64,000 nucleotides of DNA, taken from Ramazzottius varieornatus. Taxonomy: Eukaryota > Animalia > Tardigrada. A program made the position numbers and the translations under genes. The notes under the pieces are model-generated. The model did not search any database and was not told where the DNA came from. It was given only the letters and a program-made list of their open reading frames with translations. The DNA lies in the NCBI GenBank assembly GCA_001949185.1, contig BDGG01000001.1, positions 5,197,624-5,261,623 of the forward strand, read 5' to 3'. Below are positions 1 through 12,507 of this stretch, one piece after another. Numbering within the stretch: the stretch's first letter is position 1; every line of letters starts with the position of its first letter.

Positions 1-1954
1 TGGACTGCGCCTGAAGTCCTTCGAGCAGCGGCTGAAGGCCTTGTCGGACCTGCCATCTACACCAAAGAATCGGATGTGTACAGTTTCGGTATTATTCTAC
101 AGGAGATGGCGCTACGCTCAAAACCTTACAACATGTACACCGCCATGAAATCGAGCGGTATGAGTGCAGAGATAGTGTGTCGAACTGCAGAATGTGTCTC
201 TGACAACTGGACATTCAATTGTTTCAGAGATCGTGGATGAAGTTAGAAAAGGAGCATCAACTAGTGGCGTACAGTTTCGGCCTCGGTTCAACGACGACGG
301 AGAAAATGTTCCGGTGAAGATCATCGAGCTCGCGCAGCGTTGTTGGGCGGAAGAAGCTTCTCAGCGACCACTGTTCGACAAGATTCGAGTGGCAGTTCGG
401 AACGTCGCGAAAGACATGTCAGTAGGCTCCTGTTTTCTACAAGACTGCTCTGTGTGAAAGTTCCCATTTGGTTCGCAGGAATATGAACGATCAAACGAAT
501 ATTATGGATATCTTCATGGCTCAAATGGAGGAATCGGGAAGTCATCTGCAGCACGTCGTGGAAGAAAAAGATAACGAGCTGCTACAACAACAAATCAAAA
601 GTGATGAAGCCTTTTTGTACGTCTTTCCTCGGTAAGACGAAGCTTAGACCTATCCAACTACATGTGCAATTCCATGGAAAAAAAGAGAGTTACTTTTATA
701 GTGATGTGGCGGAAAAAGTCATGAATGAGGAGGCAGTTGCTCCCATCAAAGTCAACAACGCCACCATCATGATGACGGACATATTGGGATTTGAGACCAT
801 GTGTGCGGAAAGCTTGCCCGCCCAAATCACCCAGTTGCTCGATGACTACTACGAACTTATGGAGAAGCTCTTCGCTCAGTTCCAGTGCTTCAAAGTGGAG
901 CACAACAGCGACATCGTGATGGTACCAGTGCCACTAAGCCCAGGTTTTTCGTAAGGGCTAACTTTCATTCTCTCACCTCTATTCTGCAGGTGGTTTCTGG
1001 AATATTCGGCGAGTCCTCAAAACATGGTGCAAGAGAGATTGCAAGGCTGGGACTGTTCACTGTCATCGAAATACGACAGTTCGTGATACATCACCGACCA
1101 ACCGAGCAGCTGAAGCTACGAATCGCCATAACGTCAGGTAGGGCAATATCTTTATGAAAATCTACGAAAGTTTGTCTGCAAATTTCTCTGTAGGTCCCAT
1201 GGTACTGTCCGTACTCAACCTGAAGGCTCCACGCTACAGTGTTAGCGGACAAACCAACATGATTGCTCAGCGGATGCTTCAAACTGCAGAACGTAAGGCA
1301 GCTACGAAGACGAGCTGTTCTCGAAATACGGGTTTCTGGTTTGACTGTCGGTCGTTTTGTTGCAGCCTTACGGGTGTACCTTTCGGCATCAAGCAAAAAA
1401 TTGTTGGATGGCTATAAGACCTTCAGGTTCAAGCCTTCGCCCGCCAGTCCAGTTATTGTGGATGAGGAACTGGAGATCGACACCTGCTTTTTGGTCGACG
1501 AAGATGGTAAGAACAAGACAACTTGGTTTCAGAAAGTGATTGATAACCCGAATCTGTCCTCGATACAGGCAATGAAGAACTACGCGCGAAGAGGCTTCAG
1601 CTGCACGATGGACTCGAACTGCTCGATGAAGAACTGTAATCAACCGGCCAGAAACTCTACCGTGGCGACTTGTGTCGCCCAGCCGAGACTTACACATTCT
1701 CGTTGTGGGTTGTTGGTTCACGTGAATCAGTACATGCTGCCCACCATCACGAAAGTTCGACTGATCAAGTGACTTACCTTTCAGTTTTTTCCCCCTGGAA
1801 TCGCAGAGATCTCCATGATCCGGAAGTTGGTTCAATAAAAATACTGAACAATCCTTTTAATTCCGGGCTGGAAACGCTTCGGTCGATCAAGAGTGAACCG
1901 TGCATAGACGAAAATGCGGACAAAGCTGCTTCCTCACTACTTCCAGAAATTTGA
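1..1954 (+). CDS. Receptor-type guanylyl cyclase, 3' part (kinase-homology domain, coiled coil, degenerate cyclase domain); 5' end lies outside the window
   Basis: Spliced reading gives [33 protein letters not shown], then the cyclase motifs [42 protein letters not shown] and [18 protein letters not shown], colinear with GC-A/NPR1. Probable last exon 1807-1954. Confidence 0.9.
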
Positions 1955-2455
1955 GGGTTCGGTGTACCGTTCTAGCAAAAGACGCTTCTTACTGGAACGC
2001 CTGGGGAGCGAGGCATTCAACGAAAGTTAACGCAACTTCGACGGCAAACGACTGAGGGCTCGAGATCGACATACAAAGAGAGGCTGATATTCCGGGTCAT
2101 GCGCTCAATAGTGGTCCTCAACCTTAGTACTTGCTTACTTCTCACAAGCAGCTTCTTTCCAAAGAAGTCTGTTGCCACACAGGGGCTTGACCTGCCAAGC
2201 GAAGTCAGGGACGAAAAAATCCAACCCTGATGAAGCTTCACATCCACGGCATGTAGTTGCTTCGTCGATCCAGGCGGAATTTATTGTGAAAGTTTTGATA
2301 ATCATATCGTAGTCCTTGAGGACTTCAACAGTAATTTCTTTTAAATTCATGTCTTCCAAGTAATCTCAACAATATGTAACTGTACGCAAATTCCAGACAA
2401 ATATAAGTATTCAGTCAAACTCAGTCTATCCCTCTAGAAGTTCCTCCTACCAAGT

Positions 2456-5400
2456 TTACTTGGTGTCTCCGGCGGTGGTGTGGGTCTTGACCTGTTCAGA
2501 CTCCTTCACCTTGGTGGATTCAGAATGGACACCCTACAAAAACATTCAGAATCAAGATACCACCTCTGATACAGAACACAGAAATTGAAGTCATCAATAT
2601 GACTTACGGAAGTGGTATGGGTCTTGTCACTAGCCTTGTAAGAAGCCTCAGTGGACTTTCCATCACTGGAGGTGGTTTCCTTGTAGCTTCCAGAAACCTT
2701 GTGCGAATCGGGCTGTATAAAGACACAAGAGTAAAGATTTCACCCCCGCTATCTCATGCTCAAGAAAGCCACTCAGAGTCGGAGGAACGAATATGCTTAC
2801 AGTAACCGATGTGCGATGAGCTGGGCTAGCCGAGCCTGGGCGGTTGATGGTATCTCGTTGAGTGCTGCTGGTGTTGCTCGCACCCCGAGAGTCCTACGAT
2901 AGACAGAACAACCATGCTGCAACGCCTTGAAGAATATATTATCAAGCCAACCGAAAACTCCATCAACCGTTAGGTGGGTTGGAAGACCGGCAAAGAAACG
3001 TGCAAGATCGTTATCCCAAGTAGCGCACTCTTTCCAGCCGAAGAGATGAGAATGTGCGCCCGTTAAGACAACAATCCCAACGTTGTTTGCCAGCCTCGCA
3101 GTTGGCACTTACCAAATCTCCTTGCCACTTGCCATCATACTTGGCCTCATAAGAGCGGTCCGATGGACGTTGCTGATCGATGCTGGTTCGGGTCGAGCCC
3201 TGGGAAAAGAGAAACCATGAAAGATCTTGACAACAGTCTACAAACTGGAGTAATCTACAGCCGGAAGTGAGTAAGTACCGTGGCTTCATAGTTGCGACCC
3301 TGAGCGTGGGCGGAATCATAAGTGACATCACGTCCGCCCTGTTGGTAGTGCTGATGTTGACGATCAGCAGGAGCCCCATTGACGTAATCATAGAACTGGG
3401 CACCACCAGTGCGTTGTCCGTAGTCACGATCTCGGCCGTTGACGTCCATGTTGCGGAACTGCTGGTTCATGTTGTCTAAACGGTTGTCAATGTTCTGTCC
3501 GTAGTTGCCTCGGTCGCCGTAGGTATTTCGGCCGTTGTTGCTGTCGTTGTAGCCACGGTTGTTTTCGTAACCACCTCGCTAGAAAATAAATCCGGTAACT
3601 TCATATTGATAGTATTTCACAGGAAACACCGCCGGATCTTCGAGCACAATCGCGATATTATTGTTGAAGTACGCATGATTCGGGAGCTCGGCAAGCAATC
3701 ACGAGATTCTTTGACCAACTGGCGCAAGTTTTCGGTGTAATTAGCTGAAAGTGTGCGCCACTTAGAAAAACGGGCAGTGGATTTTGTTCTCATGGGTTCG
3801 CTCTTTCGTTAGTCGAATATTTTTATTGTTTAGAGAAAGTTATGCCATCGAAGCAGACGGGGACTCACATTGTATTCATGGTCACGGTTGGGACCATGAG
3901 TAGCGCCATACCGATCGCTGCTGTTGAACTCGTGGTGACGGCTGTGGCTCTGACGGTCCAGACGAGGATCGTATCCACCAGGGTTGCGGCTGTAGTCACT
4001 AGAGTTGTTGCGTCCATCGTTGCGGTTGAACTGGCTGTAGTGGTGGTTTCCATCGCGACTGTAGTCTTGGCCGGAGTACTGAGCTGAGTGGCTGTTACGA
4101 CCGTGACTGTCCTGCAAGACCGTCAACAACTTCAGACGATTTCCTCATTCAACAAACGGGAAGAAGTAGGCTCACAAAGGAGGAAGTGCAACGGGAAAAT
4201 TACCTGCGAGTACTGGTTGTAGTTGTTGCGGTCGTACTGCGGTCCCTGGTTGTTGTACATGTCAGCGCTGCCTCGACGATCAGCGCTACCACGGCGATCG
4301 TGCTCATGACTAGCGCGACGATCACGGTCGTTCTCGTGGCCCTGGCCAGAAAAGCGACGAGCGTCAGTGCCAGGGAAGTGGTCGCGAGAATGGCGGCTGT
4401 ATTCGTTGTCGTCGTTCCGAGCCCGGTAGTCGGCGTTGGCCTCCTTGCGCAGCTCGAAGCTGTTGGTCGTCTGCTGGTTCAGACGGTCAGACTGGCTGGG
4501 GTCGGCTCGGTGGATAGTGCGTTGAGCCTGCAACGAAAAACATTTTCCGAATGTAGTCTCCAAATGTTATGGGTGGTCGAATGTAGGACTTACGGTGATA
4601 TCTCGGCTGGTTCCATCAGGAGTGCCAGTTCGCAGTTGTTCGGCAGCAACGCTGTTGCGGTGCTGGCCAGGGCTTCGGGCGTCAGTCTCGCGTCCTTCGA
4701 TGCGCTTTCGTTCCTGCTCTGCATCGTACTTCGGAACCTTCAAGAAATCAACCACCCAATTATAGAAATGCAACAAAAGTCCGGAACCGCGCTAATACGA
4801 TGCAATTTTGCGTCGGAATCCAGTGTGAAATACAAACCAAGGTAGATTTTAATGAGCAACCAGTCAAACGCGCTGTGGTTTCTTTACACTCGGATCAAGC
4901 GCTCACCTGGACGCCGTGGTCGCGATCGTAAGTCTCGGCGTTCTTGTAGCCAGCAACGTATCCATCGTTGCGGGTCGAAGACTGGTCTGGAAGATGCTGG
5001 CCGACGAGAGCTTTGCCCTCAGCGGAGAAGCGCTGGGTGCCGGTGAAACCTCGAGGATCGGTCAGGCGGTCCACAACTTCAGATCGATCGAGAGTCTACA
5101 ACAGAAAACCACCATAAAGAATGAAGTAGAGCACGACCGGAAGTTGAGCGACATGATTAAGAGTGTTCCCTACCGTCATTTCGAGCGAAAGAGAAGGTTT
5201 GTTTCAAAAAAGAAAAGGATCAGATGCTCAAGAGCGAAAAAGCGGATGAAAGCAAGAACGGAGAACTCACAGTGGTGTTGTGCAGGCCTGGCTGAGAGCG
5301 AGACTGTAGCTTGGTAACAATTCTTTGGACTTCCGCGTTGGCGTCCTGTGGATTTCTAGATTCCACCAAAGCTCCCACGAAATCCTTGAACTCATCAAAT

Positions 5401-5709
5401 GACAGCGTTTTCTCATTCCTATGCAACAGAACCGAAAGGTCAAAAGATTTTCGCGCAATCCAAACCCGCTATTAGTGGTTCATCAATCTCACATGCTTCT
5501 TACCCAGCAATTTTCTTGAAGGCTATGCTGCTCTCTGCCGTCGAGAACTTCTCACCAAAAGCGCCAGTTTCGTTAAACCATTTATCGATATTCGAAAGCG
5601 TGATGTTGTCTCCTCGAAAAGTGTCATCGCCAAATCTTCCGTAGCGTTCATAGCCAGTTCGGAGTTGGTCCAACGAGGACTTAATCACAGAGTTCCAATC
5701 TACTGGCAT
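2456..5709 (-). CDS. TPPP/p25-alpha family protein with a long intrinsically disordered C-terminal extension (11 exons, ~630 aa)
   Basis: ATG at 5709. p25-alpha motifs ITLSNIDKWF, IAFKKIAG, LSFDEFKDFV, VVDRLTDPRGFTGTQRF and GYVAGYKNAETYD, followed by eight in-frame GT-AG exons of low-complexity sequence ending at TAA 2456-2458. Confidence 0.85.
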
Positions 5710-6328
5710 TTTCCTTCTTGTTAAGAATCTGTAAGCAACCACTGTAAATCAGACTCCGCTTCCGATGGTGCTGAATAAATTTCGGGCGGAAACAGCGGAC
5801 AGAACTACTCGGGATAACTCAGCTGGTTAAAAATTCGAGTTGAAAGAGGAAATTGATGTTAGCGCGAGCAAAAACGATTCACGAGAAAAAAACACTTGGA
5901 CAGTATTTTTCACCGTCCACTCTTCAAGATCCCGTGTCCGAAGAATCCAGAATAGATGTTGCTACGCATGAGAAGAGCGGAAGCAATTAAACGGATGTGG
6001 TTTTTAATGGCGACAGAGTGGAGCTGGCGGAAGGCCTCCGCCGGACAATTTTTCGGCCATTTCCAAAAATTTGGTATAACAAGTATATGAAAGTGAGCAC
6101 TGAAAAACGCGAAGAACAAGTGAAAAGTTGCCGTAGCTTGTGCTGCTTTGAAGAGCAAAATGTCACAAAACAGTACGAATTTTGATTCAGGAGATGAAAA
6201 GGCAGTTAAGAGATGAACAAAAATTGCACAGTAATTTTGGCACAGGACAAATCGAGGAACGTCAAGTACAAAAATGAGCACGAGGAGCCTTGGAGGAAGG
6301 AGATCCGTCACAGAGAACGATGATTTCC

Positions 6329-7497
6329 TCAAGCCATGGTGGGAACAGGTTGCAGTCCTCGTCCACCGAGATGGTCACGATAACTGTGGACAGCCACCAA
6401 AGCCAGAATCTGCCAAGTAAAATTCGAATTGAAAAATATTCGTTCCAAAAGAATAATCATGCAGAAACTACGTCGCCATAAAAGAGGAGTATCTGACTTA
6501 CGTCGCCAAAGATGAGAATGCCGAAGACGATCATGCTGGCGTACATGGAGGTGCTGACATTGTTATACTTGATCTGGAAGAAAGAAAATCCAGAATTAAG
6601 CATCAACACTATCAACCACTGTCTCAAATATGGCAACGAATATTCTTCAACCACATCAACTTACGTCCATGTTGGTGTAGTAGTATATCTGCCAGCAAAC
6701 CATGGCGATCTGGTAGATAATGAACAGGGTGAAGATTCCCATCCAGAAGGCGAGCATCCCAGGCGCTTTCTGGAAGACAAACAAATCAAAATTGAGGCCC
6801 AATAAGTTACTGGCAATAATCATTATCAATACCAACATTGCTCTTCAATCGACAATCAACCCTCGCGTCAAGTACAGTGTACGACAAGATAAACCGTTAA
6901 AAATGGTTGTGTGGAGCCAGATGGCTAGAGCCAATGAAATTTGCGCATGCAGCAAAACCTAGTTCTCATTGGCTGAGTCGTAAGTAAGCTCAGCTAGAGT
7001 GTTACGCCCATTTTTAACGGTTAATTTTGTCGTACACTGTAGAGCAGCTCTGCTTGACGCAAGGGTTGATTGAAACTGATACAGGCTATTGATTTAACGG
7101 AAACTACTCACACATCGAATATTAAATTTGTTCTCTTCTTAATTAGAAATAGAAAAGCGTTCTGGTTTTCGGGTCATTCGCGGGAGCTGGTACTTGGTGT
7201 GCAAAGAATCGTACTCGGAAAAGACCAACGATGAGGACCAGTCCAGCGAAGAAGAGCAAGATGGCGAAGATGAAGCTGACGATGCGAGTCCAGACGATGT
7301 AGTCCGAAGCTTGGATTATATCGTGGATATTGAACAGCAACAATAGACCGGCCAGCAACTGCAACAAAGACAATCATTGCAACGGGTCAAGGATTTCCTG
7401 GAGAAAGAGAACAGCAGGTACGTACGAACGTATAGAAGGCCACCATAAAGCATCCAGTCTTCAACGAGCACAGCAGGCACGACTTTAGCAGTCCCAT
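6329..7497 (-). CDS. Small four-TM membrane protein (LAPTM/DUF4728-like N-terminus)
   Basis: Exons MGLLKSCLLCSLKTGCFMVAFYTF | LLAGLLLLFNIH..LVLIVGLFR | KAPGMLAFWMGIFTLFIIYQIAMVCWQ | IKYNNVSTSMYASMIVFGILIFGD | ILALVAVHSYRDH..PTMA*. The family assignment is by motif resemblance only. Confidence 0.65.
6875..7039. mobile_element. 165-bp MITE, Tc1/mariner-type (TA target duplication), in an intron of the 4-TM gene
   Basis: ~32-bp TIRs cagtgtacgacaagataaaccgttaaaaatgg / ccatttttaacggttaattttgtcgtacactg, with TA at 6873-6874 and 7040-7041. Confidence 0.85.
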
Positions 7498-8526
7498 GGC
7501 GATTCTTGGTTTCTTCCCAACTCTGATCCTCCCTCGTAAAGCGCTCCTTCGACTAAAGAAATCTGCAAAGAAGTCGAGGACAAAAAGCTGGTGAACTAAG
7601 ACGAAGAAGGTGAGAATGCTGATGGACGTTCAAGATGGCCGGAAATTCGGAGTGATGCGCAGCTTGTGGTGGGCCTTCTAGTTCTGGAAGTCGACTCAAC
7701 TGACTGAGTCACCGGACTTGAATTTGGAGGGGCTTAATGAGTCACAGTGGGTTAAGTGTGTGGTGGGAGGAGCCTGGATCCAGCGGGGAAATGCCGGCCG
7801 TAGCGTGTCTGGCTGTTGTCCAGTTGTTGTCCAGTTCCAGTCAGCGCGAGATGGCGGTACAGGTAACATCTTTCAAGACTTTGCCTAAAGCATACAGCTG
7901 GTCCCATTTTAGCGTCCTCCTGGTTGCTCCTTGTCCCTTACCAACCGAAATCTGTTTTAGGAGGATGTTGGTGTGACGCAAGAACCTTCCGTTGGTTCTA
8001 CAGCACAAGGGAAAGACGGTGAATGCGCCCAGCATAGCGACGCACGAGAAGACTCGCACCAGCTGAGGTGGACCATGTGGTTAGTTCCATGTAGAACTTC
8101 TATCGCATCGATATCGTAGCAGGCAACTGGGCTAGGTAAGTCATCAAGCGCGAAAGTCCAACAAGTTCTACTACGATTGTGGCGGCATTGTCCCATTAAC
8201 AATGTAACTCAGAACGTCAAAACTGATAGCTGACTGAACAACGCGTCCATATCGCCAGCCCATCGACGTTTACGAGGTCTTCATTGATAAGAGACTCGGA
8301 TACGATAACGTAAGCTTTGATTTTAGGAACGACACGGTCGTCAATCGTTTTATTGGCTGAGAATGAACATTCAAAGATGCAAGAGGAAACTGCAGCGGTT
8401 GCCTCCTTGTAAGTCCTTGTGACCATGTTCGAACCTCCGCCGACCAGATCAGCGCCATCCCCAAATCACTGTGGGTGCTAGGCTTACGCGGCGAGTCCAG
8501 CTTCAGAGTACGGTACGGTTTCAGCA

Positions 8527-11500
8527 ATGGCCAGGCAGCCGGTTCGAAGCCTGGACGACGTTCCCGTCTTCTCCTGGGCAGATTATGTGGTTCGTTTCTA
8601 GTTGCTTCTATGATCCGCAGTGTGATTATTTTATGTTCTGTCTGTGGTCGTGCAGGTATTGGCATTAATGCTTGCCATCTCGGCTGGCATCGGGATTTTT
8701 CATGGCTGTACAGGCGGGAAGCAGAGGACTGCGGGAGAGTTCTTGCTGGGAGACCGCAACCTTCACATATTTCCGGTGGCCATGTCGTTGCTATCTGGCT
8801 TTCTGTCTTCCGTCACTCTTCTGGGAATACCTTCCGAGGTAAGAACCGAATCTTTGTACATAGGTAGTTACGAGAAACATTCGGGACGTGGGCAATTGAC
8901 CTGAAGCAGATCCTTCTCATAAGCGGTGCACTGTATTTGGCTGGAACTGCGCGTCACTTGGGAAAACGACCTGGTTCAGATCATTTGCCTACGTCCCGGT
9001 TAATAGGTTCTGCCGAATAGGATTCCAGCATTTCTCTGGTTTGTCTTCATCGTTTGTTGGACACTGCAGCCTCCTCGAAGAGAGTTTGCAGCGATGTGTC
9101 AGCTCCTTTGATTTCCTTTTCAGACTTACATGAATGGAATGGGATACTGGCTGATATGCCTATCATTCTGCATTGCCATCCCAATGGTGATCTTTGTCTA
9201 CATGCCCATTTTTTACAACCTTCGATGCATTTCCGTCTTCGAGTACTTGGAGAAACGTTTCTCCAGACCGCTCCGTATTTACGCACTGAATATGTTTGTT
9301 CTGAACATGGTGTGTCGCTCTATCTTCCGAAACGCCACAAGTACTTTGTCTTCGACGGTGCCGGTTATTGTTCTTCTGTTTACTTTTCTTTAGATAATCT
9401 ACTTGGCAGTCGTCCTTTACGGCCCATCAACCGCGCTCAGCGCCGGCAAGTGTCACCTTATCAAACCTATCAAACCGTTCACAAATTCCCGGATAAATAA
9501 CAACGGCCTTCGTTAAATCAAGACTAACATTCTGATAATTTTTCCGTATTTTTGTTTCCGGTTTCCGGCTATCAGAGGTAACATAATATGGTTTTAGTGA
9601 CTCAAATACCGGAGTGGGCTTGTATACTGATCGTCGGCTCCATCTGCACTTTTTACACTTCCATCGTAAGTTTACTTTACATCGCATCTTCTTTTACGTT
9701 TCCTCTCCTGTGTTCCGTGATACTCCCAGTAACGCAGCAGTGTGAACGAGAAAAATATTGGCAGGGCGGAGTCAAGGCAGTCATATGGACGGACACTTTC
9801 CAGCTAACTCTGATGTTCGGAGGTGCCATCACCGTTTTAGCTGTGGCCATCTACCACGTCGGAGGACTGGATACCGTTGTGGACCTTGGCCAGCGCTCAG
9901 GGCGCTTCGACGATCTTTACAAGTGAGACCATAATTGTTAACGCAGAGTGTTGTTAGTTCTGGACAAGTAGGTTTATGTCGGCATAATTTCCACTTATTC
10001 AGAAAGGGAAACAGCAACGCTAGTTTTTGTGGCTCGTACTGCAGCGGAAATTACCTTGACCAACCATTTTCCCATACTCGCTTTTGTGTAGTTTCAGCGT
10101 AGATCCGAAAAGCCGTCATACAGTATGGTCAGTTATCATCGGTGGAGTCTTTTTCTGGCTGAGCATCTACGGCGTCAACCAGTCCCAAGTCCAGAGATAC
10201 TTGAGCCTGCCCACGTTACGACAAGCTCAGTTGTGCTTATGGACGGGTCTTCCGGGCTTCATTGCCATGATCACCATTACATCCTGGACAGGCTTAGCGT
10301 TCTACGGCTACTTCCGATACTGCGATCCCCTATGGCAAGGTCTCATCTCGTTCCCTGACCAAATACTGCCGCTCTTCACGATGGAGACACTTGGCCACCT
10401 ACCGGGACTTCCGGGTCTCGTGGTCATTGGAGTCTTTAGTGGGTCGCTGAGTACCATCAGCTCAGGAGTCAACTCGCTGGCCGCCAACTTCTTGGAAGAC
10501 TGCTGTAGATTGCTCAAGCCTGATCTATCGGTAGACGCTCAGGCTAAGCTTTCACGAGCTGCAGGTATGAACATCGTACCGCTCCGAAAATTTGCTCCTG
10601 CGGGATAACGTTGCAAACAGTTTCCTTGTCTTGTAGCGGTTGGATTTGGGCTTTGCTGTATTGGCTTGGCCTTCGTTGTTTCCATGCTGGGAGGAGTCAT
10701 CGAGGTAAAGTGGACAGGTCAGTCATCCACAATCCGTCAGTCGAAATCCAATTTCCTTTTTTCAGTTCGCGTATGCCTTGTTCGGGATGATAAGTGGTCC
10801 TTTGCTCGGTCTGTTTGCTTCCGGTATATTTTTCCCGTGGACGAACTCTAAGGTAAAATGTACAAAACATCACTGAACGTTTTCTCTGGGTAGGAAGTGA
10901 AAACCCGCTCCAAAGTCAGAACTATAGTACGAACTGATCGCGGTTTCGGATGTCTGTCTGTGTATTTTACAGGGTGCTGCAGTGGGCTTTACGGTTGGTT
11001 TGACTATGACTCTGTGGGTTGGAATAGGAGCAAAGCTGGCTGGTCCGATGTACCCACAACCGGTTCGTGGTCGGACGGTGGATCCAGTCGGCTGTCCTTC
11101 ACTCCGAGTCCGAGGGGACTATCCGATGATCAAGGACGTTGTTCAGAACAAGTACGTTCTATTGAAGCCACATTCGCGTGACGGATTCAGCTCTGCCAGT
11201 CTTTACTTCCAGTTAATAGGACTCATGAAACCTTCTCCTTTCCAGTGCAGAAATTTTGGATCTTTATGAGATGTCCTACTTATGGTAAGCCGTAATGAAA
11301 GCGCAAATTTCCTTTGGATTCTGAATGGGTACTTTGATTTCTCACCCATCTGTTTGTTAGGTATGGTCCGTTGGGATGTGCCACCACAGTTCTCATCGCT
11401 TCGCTAGTCAGCCTGTGTACCGGAAGGACACACGGAGAAGACGTGGACCCTCGGCTATGTTACCCGCTCTTCGCCAACCTTGCCTTCTGTTTGCCAGAAC

Positions 11501-11787
11501 GTATAAGGAGAAAACTGTGGTTTGGAGTCCCCTACGACAAGGTAATTGTCGATCCGGACGCGAAAGACCCGACCCACCTCCTCCGGTCCGGCTTAGCGTC
11601 AACAGCCACCACGGTGACGATAGTAGAGCAACCTCCACCTTCCCCATCCATCATTGTGACGCCAGCTAGTCCAGAGTTTCCACAGAAAGGGGCGGACCAT
11701 GACAGTCAAGTGGTACAGAAGAAGGAAAGAGCCAAGTCGGGAGAGATCGATTCGTTGGAATATGAGATCAAAATGACGGTTCTCTGA
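8527..11787 (+). CDS. SLC5 sodium:solute symporter (SMCT/SMVT/NIS-like), paralog 1
   Basis: MARQPVRSLDDVPVFSWADYV | ..EFLLGDRNLHIFPVAMSLLSGFLSSVTLLGIPSE, FEYLEKRF, GGVKAVIWTDTFQ, YGVNQSQVQRYLS, SGSLSTISSGVNSLA; stop at 11785-11787. Confidence 0.93.
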
Positions 11788-12507
11788 GCACTGAAATTTT
11801 TCTTCTTTTTTCTGAACGAGACTCTCTTGCGAAATAAGATTTCAACTTCGATCGGAGGCTTGTTTGATCTGCGACGCATGGATTTTTTCCTTTGCCCTTC
11901 AAAACATCGACGAGTTGCGAACACTGTCCGTTCGGGAAATTTGTTATCGCTCCGCTGTACATTTTGCACCTCGGTATGCAGGTAGTTGTCTAATCGGTGG
12001 CCCCACTCGTTTTATGGTGTAACAATGGAAGTGAAATTTTGATAAGATTTGAGGAGCTCGAAGAAATAAAAGCGATATGTGATATTGTTGGTATCCTGCA
12101 TTCCAGCGTCCGTCCGTCGGAAACTTTTCCAGGGGCAATCCACATTCCAGCCGCCCAGTCTGACAGTTCGTTCTGCTAGCGGGACGGTAAAACATACCGC
12201 TCAGCACAGGATCCGCCCTACGAAAACTCGTATTGTCTCACTCGCATTAATGCGCAGCAAACCGTGATCCCTCCACCAGTCAGCTCACCATATCCTACTC
12301 CTTGGTACAACGTCTGCGAAGGTATCAAGTTACCTTCATGGCCCCGTAAGGAATTGGAAGTTCATCTCGGCACTAGTCCTCCACCTTTCCTCGGTTTTGC
12401 TGACTCGTGGGCAGCTTTCTTGACTCTGAATCGCTCCCTCATCCGACGGCTGTCATCCCTTGCTGGGACGTATGTCCCCGGTGCCCTGGAGCTAACGGAT
12501 CCACAAG

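Noticed and set aside
2017-2359. Short minus-strand ORFs
   Set aside because: They lie in the probable TPPP 3' UTR (AATAAA on the minus strand near 2280) and show no recognisable motif.
3267-4845. Val/Ala-rich hydrophobic + strand ORFs (3267-3479, 3842-4087, 4186-4845) that look like membrane proteins
   Set aside because: They are antisense shadows of the N/D/R/H-rich TPPP tail exons; the splice signals support the minus strand.
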